64,000 nucleotides of DNA from Gemmatimonadota bacterium. Lineage in GTDB: Bacteria; Gemmatimonadota; Gemmatimonadetes; Gemmatimonadales; Gemmatimonadaceae. The notes under the pieces are model-generated. The model saw only the letters and a list, made by a program, of their open reading frames with translations, was not told where the DNA came from and did not search any database. The position numbers were made by a program, and so were the translations under genes. Of this stretch, positions 29,717-38,565 are shown one piece after another. The stretch's first letter is position 1; every line of letters begins with the position of its first letter. The stretch covers positions 1 through 64,000 of the forward strand of contig JAZJZK010000023.1 of the NCBI GenBank assembly GCA_040389905.1, written 5' to 3'.

Positions 29717-30910
29717 GTGACATTCCTACCCGGCCACATCCGCGCCTCGCTGGCAGCGGGACTGCGCGATCTGACCACGAGGCCGACGGCACAAGTTCCA
29801 GGGTTGGATGCTTTGCGCACGCTGGCCGTGGTGCTGGTGGTTGGAGCGCACTACGCGACCACGTGGCGGGAGGCGCACGGACCGCCGGTCGCTCCGCTCG
29901 CCAATCCGTTTTTCGGCTACGGTTGGTCAGGTGTGGACTTGTTCTTCGTCCTGTCCGGCTTTCTCATCGGCGGCCAGCTCTGGAAGGAACTTCGACGCAC
30001 CGGGGATGTGCGCGTCGGCAGATTCCTGCTGCGACGCGGCTTTCGCATCTGGCCGCTCTACTTCCTGTTTGTCGGCATCGCGCTGTGCGTCAAGGTCGGA
30101 ACCGGTTCGGGACCAATCGGAGCGCCGGTGTGGAGTGCCTGGCCGGATATCACGTTCACCAGCAACTATTTCGCCGAGCGCGGTGTGCTCGAGGTCGGAT
30201 GGTCGCTCGCGACCGAAGAGCAGTTCTACCTGCTCGTCCCATTGCTGATTCTTGTTCTGCGCAAACGCGTCACCATGACACGCTGGCCGTTCGTGATGCT
30301 CGCGCTCGTCGCGTGTGTCGTGGCCGCGCGGGCGATCACCAATGCGACGTTGTCGTCGAAAGGCATGACGCCGGACATGATCGGCGGATACATGTACACG
30401 CCCTTCCATCTGCGCAGCGAGGGATTGTTCGCCGGAGTGCTGATCGCGATCCTCGCGCTGGTCATGCCAACTCGATTCGCGACGCGACGCGGATTCTCGT
30501 GGGCTGGGGCAGCAATGGTCGGTATCGCGATCGTGGCGGCGACCATCCTTCGCTGGGCGGACCCGACGGTGTTCGCGTTCACGACGGTCACGCTGGTGTA
30601 CGCGAGTGCCGTCCTCTTCGTTCTGTGGGACGGCTCATGGGTTTCGACGATGCTGTCAGCGCGCGTGTTCTATCCCCTGTCGCGGCTTTCCTATGGGATG
30701 TACCTGAATCACCTGTACGTCGTTCGTCTCGCAGGCGAACCTATCACCACCGCGGCCAGCGGGCCGTCCGGCCACGGCACTGCCGTGTTTCTCGGCGGCT
30801 TCGTCGTCGTGGTGCTATCGAGTTGCGCCCTTGCCGTCGTCACCTTTCTCGCCGTCGAGCGCCCGTTTCTCCTCTGGCGCGAGCGGTATCTCGGTCGCGC
30901 GCCCGGCTAG
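29717..30910 (+). CDS. Acyltransferase family 3 (OafA-like)
   Basis: GLDALR, GVDLFFVLSGFLI, RRGFRIWPLY, WSLATEEQFY, SYGMYLNH, VERP. Confidence 0.9.
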   Translation: MTFLPGHIRASLAAGLRDLTTRPTAQVPGLDALRTLAVVLVVGAHYATTWREAHGPPVAPLANPFFGYGWSGVDLFFVLSGFLIGGQLWKELRRTGDVRVGRFLLRRGFRIWPLYFLFVGIALCVKVGTGSGPIGAPVWSAWPDITFTSNYFAERGVLEVGWSLATEEQFYLLVPLLILVLRKRVTMTRWPFVMLALVACVVAARAITNATLSSKGMTPDMIGGYMYTPFHLRSEGLFAGVLIAILALVMPTRFATRRGFSWAGAAMVGIAIVAATILRWADPTVFAFTTVTLVYASAVLFVLWDGSWVSTMLSARVFYPLSRLSYGMYLNHLYVVRLAGEPITTAASGPSGHGTAVFLGGFVVVVLSSCALAVVTFLAVERPFLLWRERYLGRAPG

Positions 30911-31135
30911 TGGAGTGTTACCGCAGATCCGATAGCAGGTAGGTTGGAAGAATGATCAAGCGTGAAAACACGAGAAGCACGTGCTTGGAGGCTTCACGGC
31001 GAGCTGCCGCTGTCGTGCCTAGCCGAACCAATCCCTTTTTCGCTGGTCAATCCGCTCAATCCGCGTTCAATGTGCCGGTGCTCCCGGCTGCTCTCTGAAC
31101 TTCAGTGACGGTCCACTAGCGACTTGAACTCGGCA

Positions 31136-31528
31136 TCACTCGCCGGGCTTGCGCGCGCCAGGCACCGGCTCTTCGTGGACGGCGTGATTGTCCTTCACGC
31201 GCACAATCGCGATCTCGAGCGCCTGTCTGGTTGACGCCACTCCCTCGCGCAGATACCGGATCTTCGCCACCTCACTCCCCCCTCGTGTTGCCACGAGATT
31301 GAGCGCGGCAACCTGGTCAGAGATCATGCCGAACTGCGGTTTGAGAAACCCGACGATCGGGTAGAGCGCCCGCTTGACCTGCATGCCGAATAACGAGGTC
31401 GGTTTGTTCTGCTTGAGCGAGAGCGCATACAGCTCCACGATGCCATGGAGCCGCTGGACCATGACGAGCGCCTCGTCGAGGGTCTTCATCTTCTGCACGC
31501 CAGCGCTGTCGAGCTTGAGGCCTGCCAT
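31136..31528 (-). CDS. Hypothetical helical protein
   Basis: 130-aa ORF with host-like codon usage downstream of the phosphoribosyltransferase; no recognised motif. Confidence 0.65.
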   Translation of the reverse strand: MAGLKLDSAGVQKMKTLDEALVMVQRLHGIVELYALSLKQNKPTSLFGMQVKRALYPIVGFLKPQFGMISDQVAALNLVATRGGSEVAKIRYLREGVASTRQALEIAIVRVKDNHAVHEEPVPGARKPGE

Positions 31529-31556
31529 TGATGTTCGCCGAAAGAGTGGGGAGTCT

Positions 31557-31608
31557 GCTTTCCGCCATCCGCCTTCCGCAAGCCCGCGGAAAGCGGACGG
31601 CGGACAGC
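31557..31608. repeat. 7-bp-periodic CCGC inverted repeat (hairpin)
   Basis: gctttccgccatccgccttccgc / gcggaaagcggacggcggacagc (20/23 complementary); related to 45648-45727. Confidence 0.7.
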
Positions 31609-31609
31609 G

Positions 31610-32674
31610 CTATTTCACTTTCTCCAATCTACTATTTGGCCGGTATTCCCGCCCGGCCTTCGCCTGGGGCTCGCCATTCAGGCGGACCACATCAGCCGTG
31701 AAATCCCAGCGCCCGTCGTGGACGCTGGCACCGACGCCGTAGGCGTCCGCGGGAACGCCGTCGTCCTCGAACTGTTGGATCCGGTCGACGTCGAAGCCTC
31801 CGGACACCACGATCTTCACCTCCCCAAAGCCCTCGGCGTCGAGTGCGTTACGGACGTTCCAGACCAGGGCGGGATTCACGCCCGCCGGATTGAACGATCC
31901 CATCTGCGAGACCACGGACTTGTCGACCATCGTTTCCGACGTGTCGAGCCGAACGCCCCACAGTCGCCCCTCGAGCGCACGAGCCACGGCGAGACTCGTC
32001 GCGACGCAGTCATTGCTGTAGTCCACCAACACGATCAGCGGAACGTCGGCCGGAAGGATGGCGGCGACGGACAGCGCGGCGGCGACGGTGTCGCCACCGA
32101 ACGACGCGATGAGGGCGTGGGGGATGGTGCCGACGCCCTTTTTCCCGGTGAACGCGCTCTGCGCATCGGTCGAGACGCTCGAGGCACCGCCGACGAATGC
32201 GCTATATCCATCGCCGGGCTGCAGCAACGCGTGATCGCTGCGCGCTCCGAAGAAGTAGACCGGCTTCGGCCGAGCGGCGTCGACGAGGTTGCGGATGTTG
32301 GTGCAGACGCGAGTTCGCCTTGCGAGCGTCCCTACGATCAGAGTTTCGAGATGCGCGAAGGAGGCGTAGTCGCCCTCGATCGTCATGACGGTGTCCCACG
32401 CGTCCACGCGATCACCCTCGTATAGCGCCATTACGTCGAGCGCGGAGAAGTCGTCGCTGCACAGCTTCGCGATCGCGATGGCTTCATCGATCCCGCCGAT
32501 CCAGCCGTCGTGCTTGGCCGAAAGCTGCCATGTGACGCGAGGGCTTAGGCCGCTCGCCCTGATGGCGTCACGTGACCTGTTGAAATAGGCGTCCGAAAAA
32601 AGGCCGGCCTTGATTCGGTCGACCGGCAGTTCAAACAGGTTCGGATCGATGCGCTTGCGACGGCGAGGGGCCAT
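31610..32674 (-). CDS. Nicotinate/quinolinate phosphoribosyltransferase family protein
   Basis: SDAYF, LET, FFGAR, GTIPHALI, LVD, GVRLDTS, SGGF, YGVG. Confidence 0.85.
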   Translation of the reverse strand: MAPRRRKRIDPNLFELPVDRIKAGLFSDAYFNRSRDAIRASGLSPRVTWQLSAKHDGWIGGIDEAIAIAKLCSDDFSALDVMALYEGDRVDAWDTVMTIEGDYASFAHLETLIVGTLARRTRVCTNIRNLVDAARPKPVYFFGARSDHALLQPGDGYSAFVGGASSVSTDAQSAFTGKKGVGTIPHALIASFGGDTVAAALSVAAILPADVPLIVLVDYSNDCVATSLAVARALEGRLWGVRLDTSETMVDKSVVSQMGSFNPAGVNPALVWNVRNALDAEGFGEVKIVVSGGFDVDRIQQFEDDGVPADAYGVGASVHDGRWDFTADVVRLNGEPQAKAGREYRPNSRLEKVK

Positions 32675-32736
32675 TGGATCGTGAAGCTACAGGGGAGTCC
32701 CGACCGATTGCAGTGGGATGCAACTGCAACAGCGTT

Positions 32737-32946
32737 AAACGCAGAGGTCGCAACGGCTGAACTGCGAAACAAATGAACCACAGAGGACACAGAGGTCGCA
32801 GAGGACTGCTGACTTTACGCAACCCCTTTTCTCTCACGCTCGTTTTGTCGCCCTTGAGCCCTTCGTCGCTCGCGCTCCCCGAGGGTAAACGCCAGGAAGG
32901 GCCTGCACTTCACGCCGTTCTCCGTGTCCTCTGTGTCCTCTGTGGT
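32737..32946. repeat. Composite repeat: 9-bp-periodic CACAGAGGA inverted repeat enclosing a decayed family B element
   Basis: aaccacagaggacacagaggtcgcagagga (32776-32805) / tctccgtgtcctctgtgtcctctgtggt (32919-32946); cgttttgtcgccct...gaagggcctgcac at 32841-32908. Confidence 0.75.
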
Positions 32947-32969
32947 AAATGCGTTTCGCTGCTGCTCGA

Positions 32970-34865
32970 CTAACTCATAACCGGAAACGCACTCGTCCCA
33001 CGGGGTGCCGACGGGCCCGTCATCGCCTCAGGGTTGAGCGCCTGATCGAGCTCTGCCCGCGTCATCAGCCCCTTTTCCATGACGAGCTCATAGACCCCCC
33101 GTCCACTCGCCAACGCCTCGCGCGCGATCTCCGTACTGGCCTCATAGCCGATTACAGGGACGAGCGCTGTCACGATGCCGATCGAGTGCTCGACGAACTG
33201 CCGCATCCGATCCGGATTCGCTTTGATCCCGGTGATGCAGCGTTCGCGCAGCACGATACACGCGTTCGTCATGGCGCTCAGCCCGCCGAGCAGGCGGAAC
33301 GCGATGACCGGCTCGAAGACATTGAGCTGGAGCTGCCCGGCTTCTGCTGCCATGGTGACGGTCATGTCGCCGCCGATGACGTCGAAGCACACTTGATTCA
33401 CGACCTCGGGGATAACCGGATTCACCTTGCCCGGCATGATCGACGATCCGGGTTGCATCGCCGGCAAACTGATTTCCCCAAAGCCGGCACGCGGGCCGGA
33501 ACTCAGCAATCGCAGATCATTGCAGATCTTCGACAGCTTGACGGCGCAGCGCTTCAAAACGCCGCTCAACTGCACGAACGCGCCAGTGTCGGCGGTCGCC
33601 TCCACGAGATCGGGGGCGGTGATGAGCGGCAACCCCGTAATGCGAGAGAGATGCGCGCGCACCGTCTCCGCGTAACCGGTTGGCGCGTTGATGCCCGTTC
33701 CGATCGCCGTGGCGCCCATGTTGATCTCGCGGATCAATGCCTGCGCCTCGCCAAGGCGATCCACATCTTCCTGAATGGTGTGCCCGAACGCGTTGAACTC
33801 CTGGCCGAGTGTCATCGGCACGGCGTCCTGCAACTGCGTCCGGCCCATCTTGAGAAATGGCGCGAACTCGGTGCCCTTATCGAGAAAGGCGTCCACCAGC
33901 TTGCGCATTTCATCGCGTAGTCCCTCGATCGCCGTGTGCAACGCGATCTTGACCGCTGTCGGATAGACGTCGTTGGTGGACTGGCTGAGATTGACGTGAT
34001 TGTTCGGGTGTACGAACTGGTAGTCGCCGCGCGTATGCCCGGAGAGCTCGAGGGCCCGGTTGGCGATTACCTCGTTCGCGTTCATGTTCGTCGATGTGCC
34101 GGCGCCGCCCTGAATCATGTCCACGAGAAAATGCTCGTGGTGCCGCCCCGCACGAATCTCTCCGGCGGCGCGGATGATCAGGTCGGCCGTTTCAGCGGAG
34201 AGCAGCCCGAGGTCGGCATTCGCCTGCGCCGCTGCTGCCTTCACCGCCGCGAGCGCTTCGATGAGCGCGGGGAATTCGCGGAGCGGAATACCGGTGATCG
34301 CAAAGTTCTCGAGCGCGCGCAGTGTCTGGATTCCGTAGAGCGCATCGCCGGGAACCTCGCGCTCGCCAAGGAGATCGTGCTCGACCCGCCTGGTCGTGCC
34401 GCCGAAGCCGAGGGTGCGCCCGCGTCCAACGAGGGTAGCATCGACCGCGGAGAGACGCTGCTTGATGGCGCGAGCGGCGCGACCCACGAGTGCGGCGTAG
34501 AGCGTCGGGGTCTCCCGGGCCAGCGTCTGGATCTGGTCTTTTGTGAGGATGAAGGCTTTGGTCTTCACGATCACTCGCGCACTGGTGCCGTGCACCGAGT
34601 CGTCGAGCAGCAGCCCTTCGCCGACCGCCTCGCCTGCTCCGAGGGTTGCGAGTCGCATCGGGCGCGTATTTTTGCCCTTCTCGATGGCAACCGCTCCGGA
34701 GGCGATGAGCGCCATCAGGTTCCGGGTGTCACCTTCCTCGAAGAGGAGGGCGTCACACGCGAATTCCTGCGCCTTGACGATCTTGGAGAGTTGATGGACG
34801 GCGGTATCGGTGAGGCCGTCGAGGAATCTGAGCGAGCGAAGCTCGTCACGATCTGGGGTGGACAT
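32970..34865 (-). CDS. aspA: Aspartate ammonia-lyase with N-terminal cyclic-nucleotide-binding (CAP-like) domain
   Basis: LYGIQTLRALENF, QGGAGTSTNMNANEV, SQSTND, KMGRTQLQDA, GSSIMPGKVNP; N-terminal ~150 aa with LFEEGD...IASGAV...LGAGEAVGEGLLLD...TSAR. Confidence 0.93.
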   Translation of the reverse strand: MSTPDRDELRSLRFLDGLTDTAVHQLSKIVKAQEFACDALLFEEGDTRNLMALIASGAVAIEKGKNTRPMRLATLGAGEAVGEGLLLDDSVHGTSARVIVKTKAFILTKDQIQTLARETPTLYAALVGRAARAIKQRLSAVDATLVGRGRTLGFGGTTRRVEHDLLGEREVPGDALYGIQTLRALENFAITGIPLREFPALIEALAAVKAAAAQANADLGLLSAETADLIIRAAGEIRAGRHHEHFLVDMIQGGAGTSTNMNANEVIANRALELSGHTRGDYQFVHPNNHVNLSQSTNDVYPTAVKIALHTAIEGLRDEMRKLVDAFLDKGTEFAPFLKMGRTQLQDAVPMTLGQEFNAFGHTIQEDVDRLGEAQALIREINMGATAIGTGINAPTGYAETVRAHLSRITGLPLITAPDLVEATADTGAFVQLSGVLKRCAVKLSKICNDLRLLSSGPRAGFGEISLPAMQPGSSIMPGKVNPVIPEVVNQVCFDVIGGDMTVTMAAEAGQLQLNVFEPVIAFRLLGGLSAMTNACIVLRERCITGIKANPDRMRQFVEHSIGIVTALVPVIGYEASTEIAREALASGRGVYELVMEKGLMTRAELDQALNPEAMTGPSAPRGTSAFPVMS

Positions 34866-35047
34866 GGGCGGAAATTAAGGCGGTCGCTCCGGTGGCGCTC
34901 GCGGCGACTGCGTGATAGATCAGATCACTTTATCAAAACAGCGAAGCAAATTCCCTCGTCGCGCGGCTAGGATTGTGGTCGTAGCGTTGCGCACGAGCAA
35001 GCCGTAGTACGAGAGACCGTCCCCCGCCAGAATCCAGAGGAGCCCGC

Positions 35048-36220
35048 GTGTCGATTTCCCGTCGCGATTTCATCGGTGCCAGCGCTGTCACCGCCGCAGG
35101 ACTCGTCCTGCCAACACGGGCTGATGCGTCGCCCGACATACGCGTGGCGGAGAGCAGCGCCGCGCCGCGCGCGGTCGCCGTGCTGCCGGCGGCCGTCGGA
35201 AGCACCAACGGGCTCCGCGGACTCAAGGTCTGCTACGACAAGCTCGTCGCCGGTGCAGATCCACTCGACGCGGCGATTGCCGGCGTGAACATCCAGGAGC
35301 TCGACCCGGAGGACCAGTCCGTCGGACTCGGCGGCCTCCCCAATGCCGACGGCGTTGTCCAACTCGATGCGAGCGTGATGCACGGTCCGACGAAACGGGC
35401 AGGTTCCGTATCGTCGCTCGAAGACATCGCGACACCGTCGCTCGTGGCGAAGGCGGTGATGGACTACACCGACCACATCATGCTTGCCGGCCCCGGCGCT
35501 CGGCGCTTCGCCATCGAGATGGGCTTCACGCCGCAGAACCTCCTCACCGAGAAGAGCAGGCAGGCGTACCTGCGGTGGCGCGCGAATCTGAACAAGGACG
35601 ACGCGTGGCTCGACTACAATGGCGACACGAAGATCGCGAAGCCGACGCAACCTCCGCGTACCTCGCGACGGCTACCGGCCTTTCGGCAGGATGGAGACGA
35701 GACCGATCTCCATGTCTTCTACGATGATCGGGGCGTGGCACACACGTACGGCACCTGCAACATGAACGCGGTCACCGCGAACGGCGACATCGGTTCCGTG
35801 ACCACGACGAGCGGCATGTCATGGAAAGTGCCCGGCCGAGTGGGCGACAGTCCGATCATCGGGGCAGGGCAGTACTGTGACAACGAGGTCGGTGCCGCGG
35901 GGTCAACCGGTCGCGGCGAAGCGAACATCAAGGTGTGTGGAGCGTTCCTCGCCGTCGAGTTCATGCGCATGGGCATGACGCCGGAGGCTGCGTTGATCAA
36001 GGTGATGGAGCGCGTGATCGCCATGACGGAAAAGCGCTTGCTCGACGATCGCGGGCGTCCGTACTTCGACCTCAACTTCTACGCAATCAACAAGAAGGGT
36101 GAGTTCGCGGGCTCGTGCGCGTATCAGGGGAGCGACTACGCGGTGTGCGACGCCAAGGGGCCGAGGAAGCTCGATGCGGTGTATCTCTTCAAGCGCGAGG
36201 AGCGTCCGAAGGTCCGATAA
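35048..36220 (+). CDS. N(4)-(beta-N-acetylglucosaminyl)-L-asparaginase / type 2 asparaginase (Ntn hydrolase), Tat-exported
   Basis: SRRDFI twin-arginine signal, SVGLGGLPN, LDASVM, YGTC (nucleophile Thr), TTTSG, GRVGDSPIIGAG, TGRGE. Confidence 0.9.
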   Translation: MSISRRDFIGASAVTAAGLVLPTRADASPDIRVAESSAAPRAVAVLPAAVGSTNGLRGLKVCYDKLVAGADPLDAAIAGVNIQELDPEDQSVGLGGLPNADGVVQLDASVMHGPTKRAGSVSSLEDIATPSLVAKAVMDYTDHIMLAGPGARRFAIEMGFTPQNLLTEKSRQAYLRWRANLNKDDAWLDYNGDTKIAKPTQPPRTSRRLPAFRQDGDETDLHVFYDDRGVAHTYGTCNMNAVTANGDIGSVTTTSGMSWKVPGRVGDSPIIGAGQYCDNEVGAAGSTGRGEANIKVCGAFLAVEFMRMGMTPEAALIKVMERVIAMTEKRLLDDRGRPYFDLNFYAINKKGEFAGSCAYQGSDYAVCDAKGPRKLDAVYLFKREERPKVR

Positions 36221-36239
36221 AAGCTAAAGAGCAAAGCCT

Positions 36240-36417
36240 AACCACAGAGGACACAGAGGACACGGAGGAAAAGCAACAAAGCAAAAGCTTTGACCGCAGA
36301 GGTCGCAAAGTTCGCAAAGGCCGACTCTTGCAGTTCTCTGTGTCCTCTGTGTCCTCTGTGGTTCATTGCCGTTGCGGTTCCGAAGTCCTTTGCGTTCTCT
36401 GCGAGCTCTGCGTCAAA
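36240..36417. repeat. Two interleaved 9-bp-periodic inverted repeats (A-B-A'-B')
   Basis: A 36240-36269 pairs with A' 36335-36363; B 36289-36320 pairs with B' 36387-36417; lies between convergent stop codons. Confidence 0.75.
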
Positions 36418-36454
36418 TGGCTGCTGCTGTTGCAGTCTTGCAGTTCTGCGACGG

Positions 36455-38539
36455 CTAGCTTCGCAGTCCGCCCACCACTTTCGTCAAGCGGTCCGACGCC
36501 GCGGCCAGAGCATTCGCCGCGCCGGCGATTTCCTCCGTGCTCGCGCTTTGCTGCTCGCTCGACGCGGCAACCTCCTGCATCGCCGCCGCGAAGGTTTCCG
36601 TTCCGCCGGCGAGAGAATCGAGCCGCATGTTCACTTCGCCAACCAGCGCGGTCGTCGCATGCGCGGCGCGCTCGATCGTGGCCGTCCAGGCTTCGGCCTC
36701 GACGACGGCGCGCTCGATTTCCGTGAACGACGCGGACGCCTTGGACGTCGCGTTGCGTACGCCGTCTGCCGTGGAGACCGCGCGTTCGGTGGATTCGCGG
36801 GACCGCTCGATGCCTCCGAGCACGCCCTTCACGATGGCCTCGGTACGCTCCGCGGCATCGGATGACATCGTCGCCAGGCGGCGAACTTCGCTCGCGACCA
36901 CAGCGAAACCCTTGCCGTGCTCGCCCGCCCGTGCGGCCTCCATCGCCGCGTTCAGGGCGAGCAGCTTCGACTGACGCGCGAGCTTGCGCACCAGCGTCAC
37001 GAATTCGCGAATCTCCTCGCTTGCCACGCCGAGGGCGGCAATCGATTGCGCACTGGCGTGTACATCGTCGGACAGTGTGCCGAGTGACTCGGCGCTCGAG
37101 TCCAACCCCGCACGGTTCTCGAGCGCGAGAGAGCGAAGGACACTGTTACGCGCGACGCCGATTTTTGCCCCTTCATCGAGTGCCGCCGCCTGCTCCCGCA
37201 ACGACACCGACGACTGCGCCAACTGCGCGATCGTCTCGGCCATGGATGTCGCCTGGGCCGAGAGGTCGCTCGCGGTGTGCGCGATCTGCCCGGCGGCAGC
37301 AGCCATCTCCTCGGTGCCCGCGGTGATTTCCACGGTCATCGCCGTGGTCTCGCGTGCCGAGCTCGCGATCGTCTGCGCGAGGCGCCGCAGCTCGAGAATC
37401 ATCGCGCCGATAGCTCGGCTCAGGCGCCCGATCTCATCGTCGGAGGTGGAACGCCGAAGTTCGATCGAGAAATCACCCGCCGCGACGGCCTCTGCTGCTT
37501 CGGCAAGTTCCGTTGCGGGCGAGGAGATCCTTCGATTCAGGAAGCGGTTCATCGCCACGAGGAGACCGATCAGGACCACGAGCAGCACACCCGTTCCTAT
37601 AGCCAGTGCCGTGCGCGTGGAGCGAAACTGCGCCGCGATCGCCGAAGTGGGCTGGTGCGCGACGACGCGCCATCGGCCGGCGTTGACACGGACGGCGACG
37701 GCGCGCTCCGGCGTACTATCGGCAAGCACGTCCGCCGCAGCGGACACATCGTCCTGGCCCGTCGGCATCCCGCGCAGCATGCGTCCGGCAGACGCCGAGT
37801 CCGCGCTGAGGAGCACGCGTGAATTCGAGTCCAGCACGTCGATGCGGACGCCGGCGCCTGCGGATGCCAGGGAGCGCACGAGCGGCGCGACGCTGAACGC
37901 GAGCTTGAGGACGCCGGCCTTCGCGGCGCCGTCGCGAACGACGGTCGCGAGCGACACGGTTGTCTGATGCGCCGATGAATCGTAGGCGGCATCCGCGGCG
38001 GATGTGCCGTCGCGCCAGGCACTCTGCCACCAACCTTCGTCGCTCTGCACAAAGTCCGAACTGGTTTGCGTCGTCACCGCGTTATAGCCGTTGGCCTCGG
38101 TCAGGAGCATTTCGGCGACTTCGAGGGGCGAGAGCAAATTGCGGAGGTACGCCCGTGTACCCGGGGCGACGTTGAGCGACCGGTCCAGATTGAAGCGGCG
38201 CTCGAGCGACGGGATATCCGTGCCGACGAGACCCAGGGATTGGGCTCGGGCAGTACCCTCCCGCGAGGCGGAAACGACTTCCGGACTGATCGCGAGCACG
38301 CGGGCTTCGCGGCCACGCTCCGCAAGTGCCTCCATCACCACGATCTGCGCGCGTCCGGCGGCGTCCCTGATGCGCGCGTCCCCCTGCCGCTCGATGTCGC
38401 GCTCGAGGAGCCCATTGAGGAAAAACCCGAGCGCAATCAGGACGACCGCGCCCCCCATCCCCGCGCCGACGATGAAGCGGCGGTGAAGCGAAGGTGCTGC
38501 GCGACCCTGGATCGGCTGGGAGAGTGACAAAAGCGACAT
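36455..38539 (-). CDS. Methyl-accepting chemotaxis protein (TM, Cache-like sensor, TM, HAMP, signalling domain)
   Basis: [46 protein letters not shown]; two TM helices. Confidence 0.93.
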   Translation of the reverse strand: MSLLSLSQPIQGRAAPSLHRRFIVGAGMGGAVVLIALGFFLNGLLERDIERQGDARIRDAAGRAQIVVMEALAERGREARVLAISPEVVSASREGTARAQSLGLVGTDIPSLERRFNLDRSLNVAPGTRAYLRNLLSPLEVAEMLLTEANGYNAVTTQTSSDFVQSDEGWWQSAWRDGTSAADAAYDSSAHQTTVSLATVVRDGAAKAGVLKLAFSVAPLVRSLASAGAGVRIDVLDSNSRVLLSADSASAGRMLRGMPTGQDDVSAAADVLADSTPERAVAVRVNAGRWRVVAHQPTSAIAAQFRSTRTALAIGTGVLLVVLIGLLVAMNRFLNRRISSPATELAEAAEAVAAGDFSIELRRSTSDDEIGRLSRAIGAMILELRRLAQTIASSARETTAMTVEITAGTEEMAAAAGQIAHTASDLSAQATSMAETIAQLAQSSVSLREQAAALDEGAKIGVARNSVLRSLALENRAGLDSSAESLGTLSDDVHASAQSIAALGVASEEIREFVTLVRKLARQSKLLALNAAMEAARAGEHGKGFAVVASEVRRLATMSSDAAERTEAIVKGVLGGIERSRESTERAVSTADGVRNATSKASASFTEIERAVVEAEAWTATIERAAHATTALVGEVNMRLDSLAGGTETFAAAMQEVAASSEQQSASTEEIAGAANALAAASDRLTKVVGGLRS

Positions 38540-38565
38540 TGAGGAAGACTTACTAGATTTTAGTC

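Noticed and set aside
36115..36726. ORFs reading through repeats (e.g. TTEDTEDTEE; also 32773-32973, 40818-41606, 59020-59325)
   Set aside because: Translations of periodic intergenic repeats that overlap real genes.
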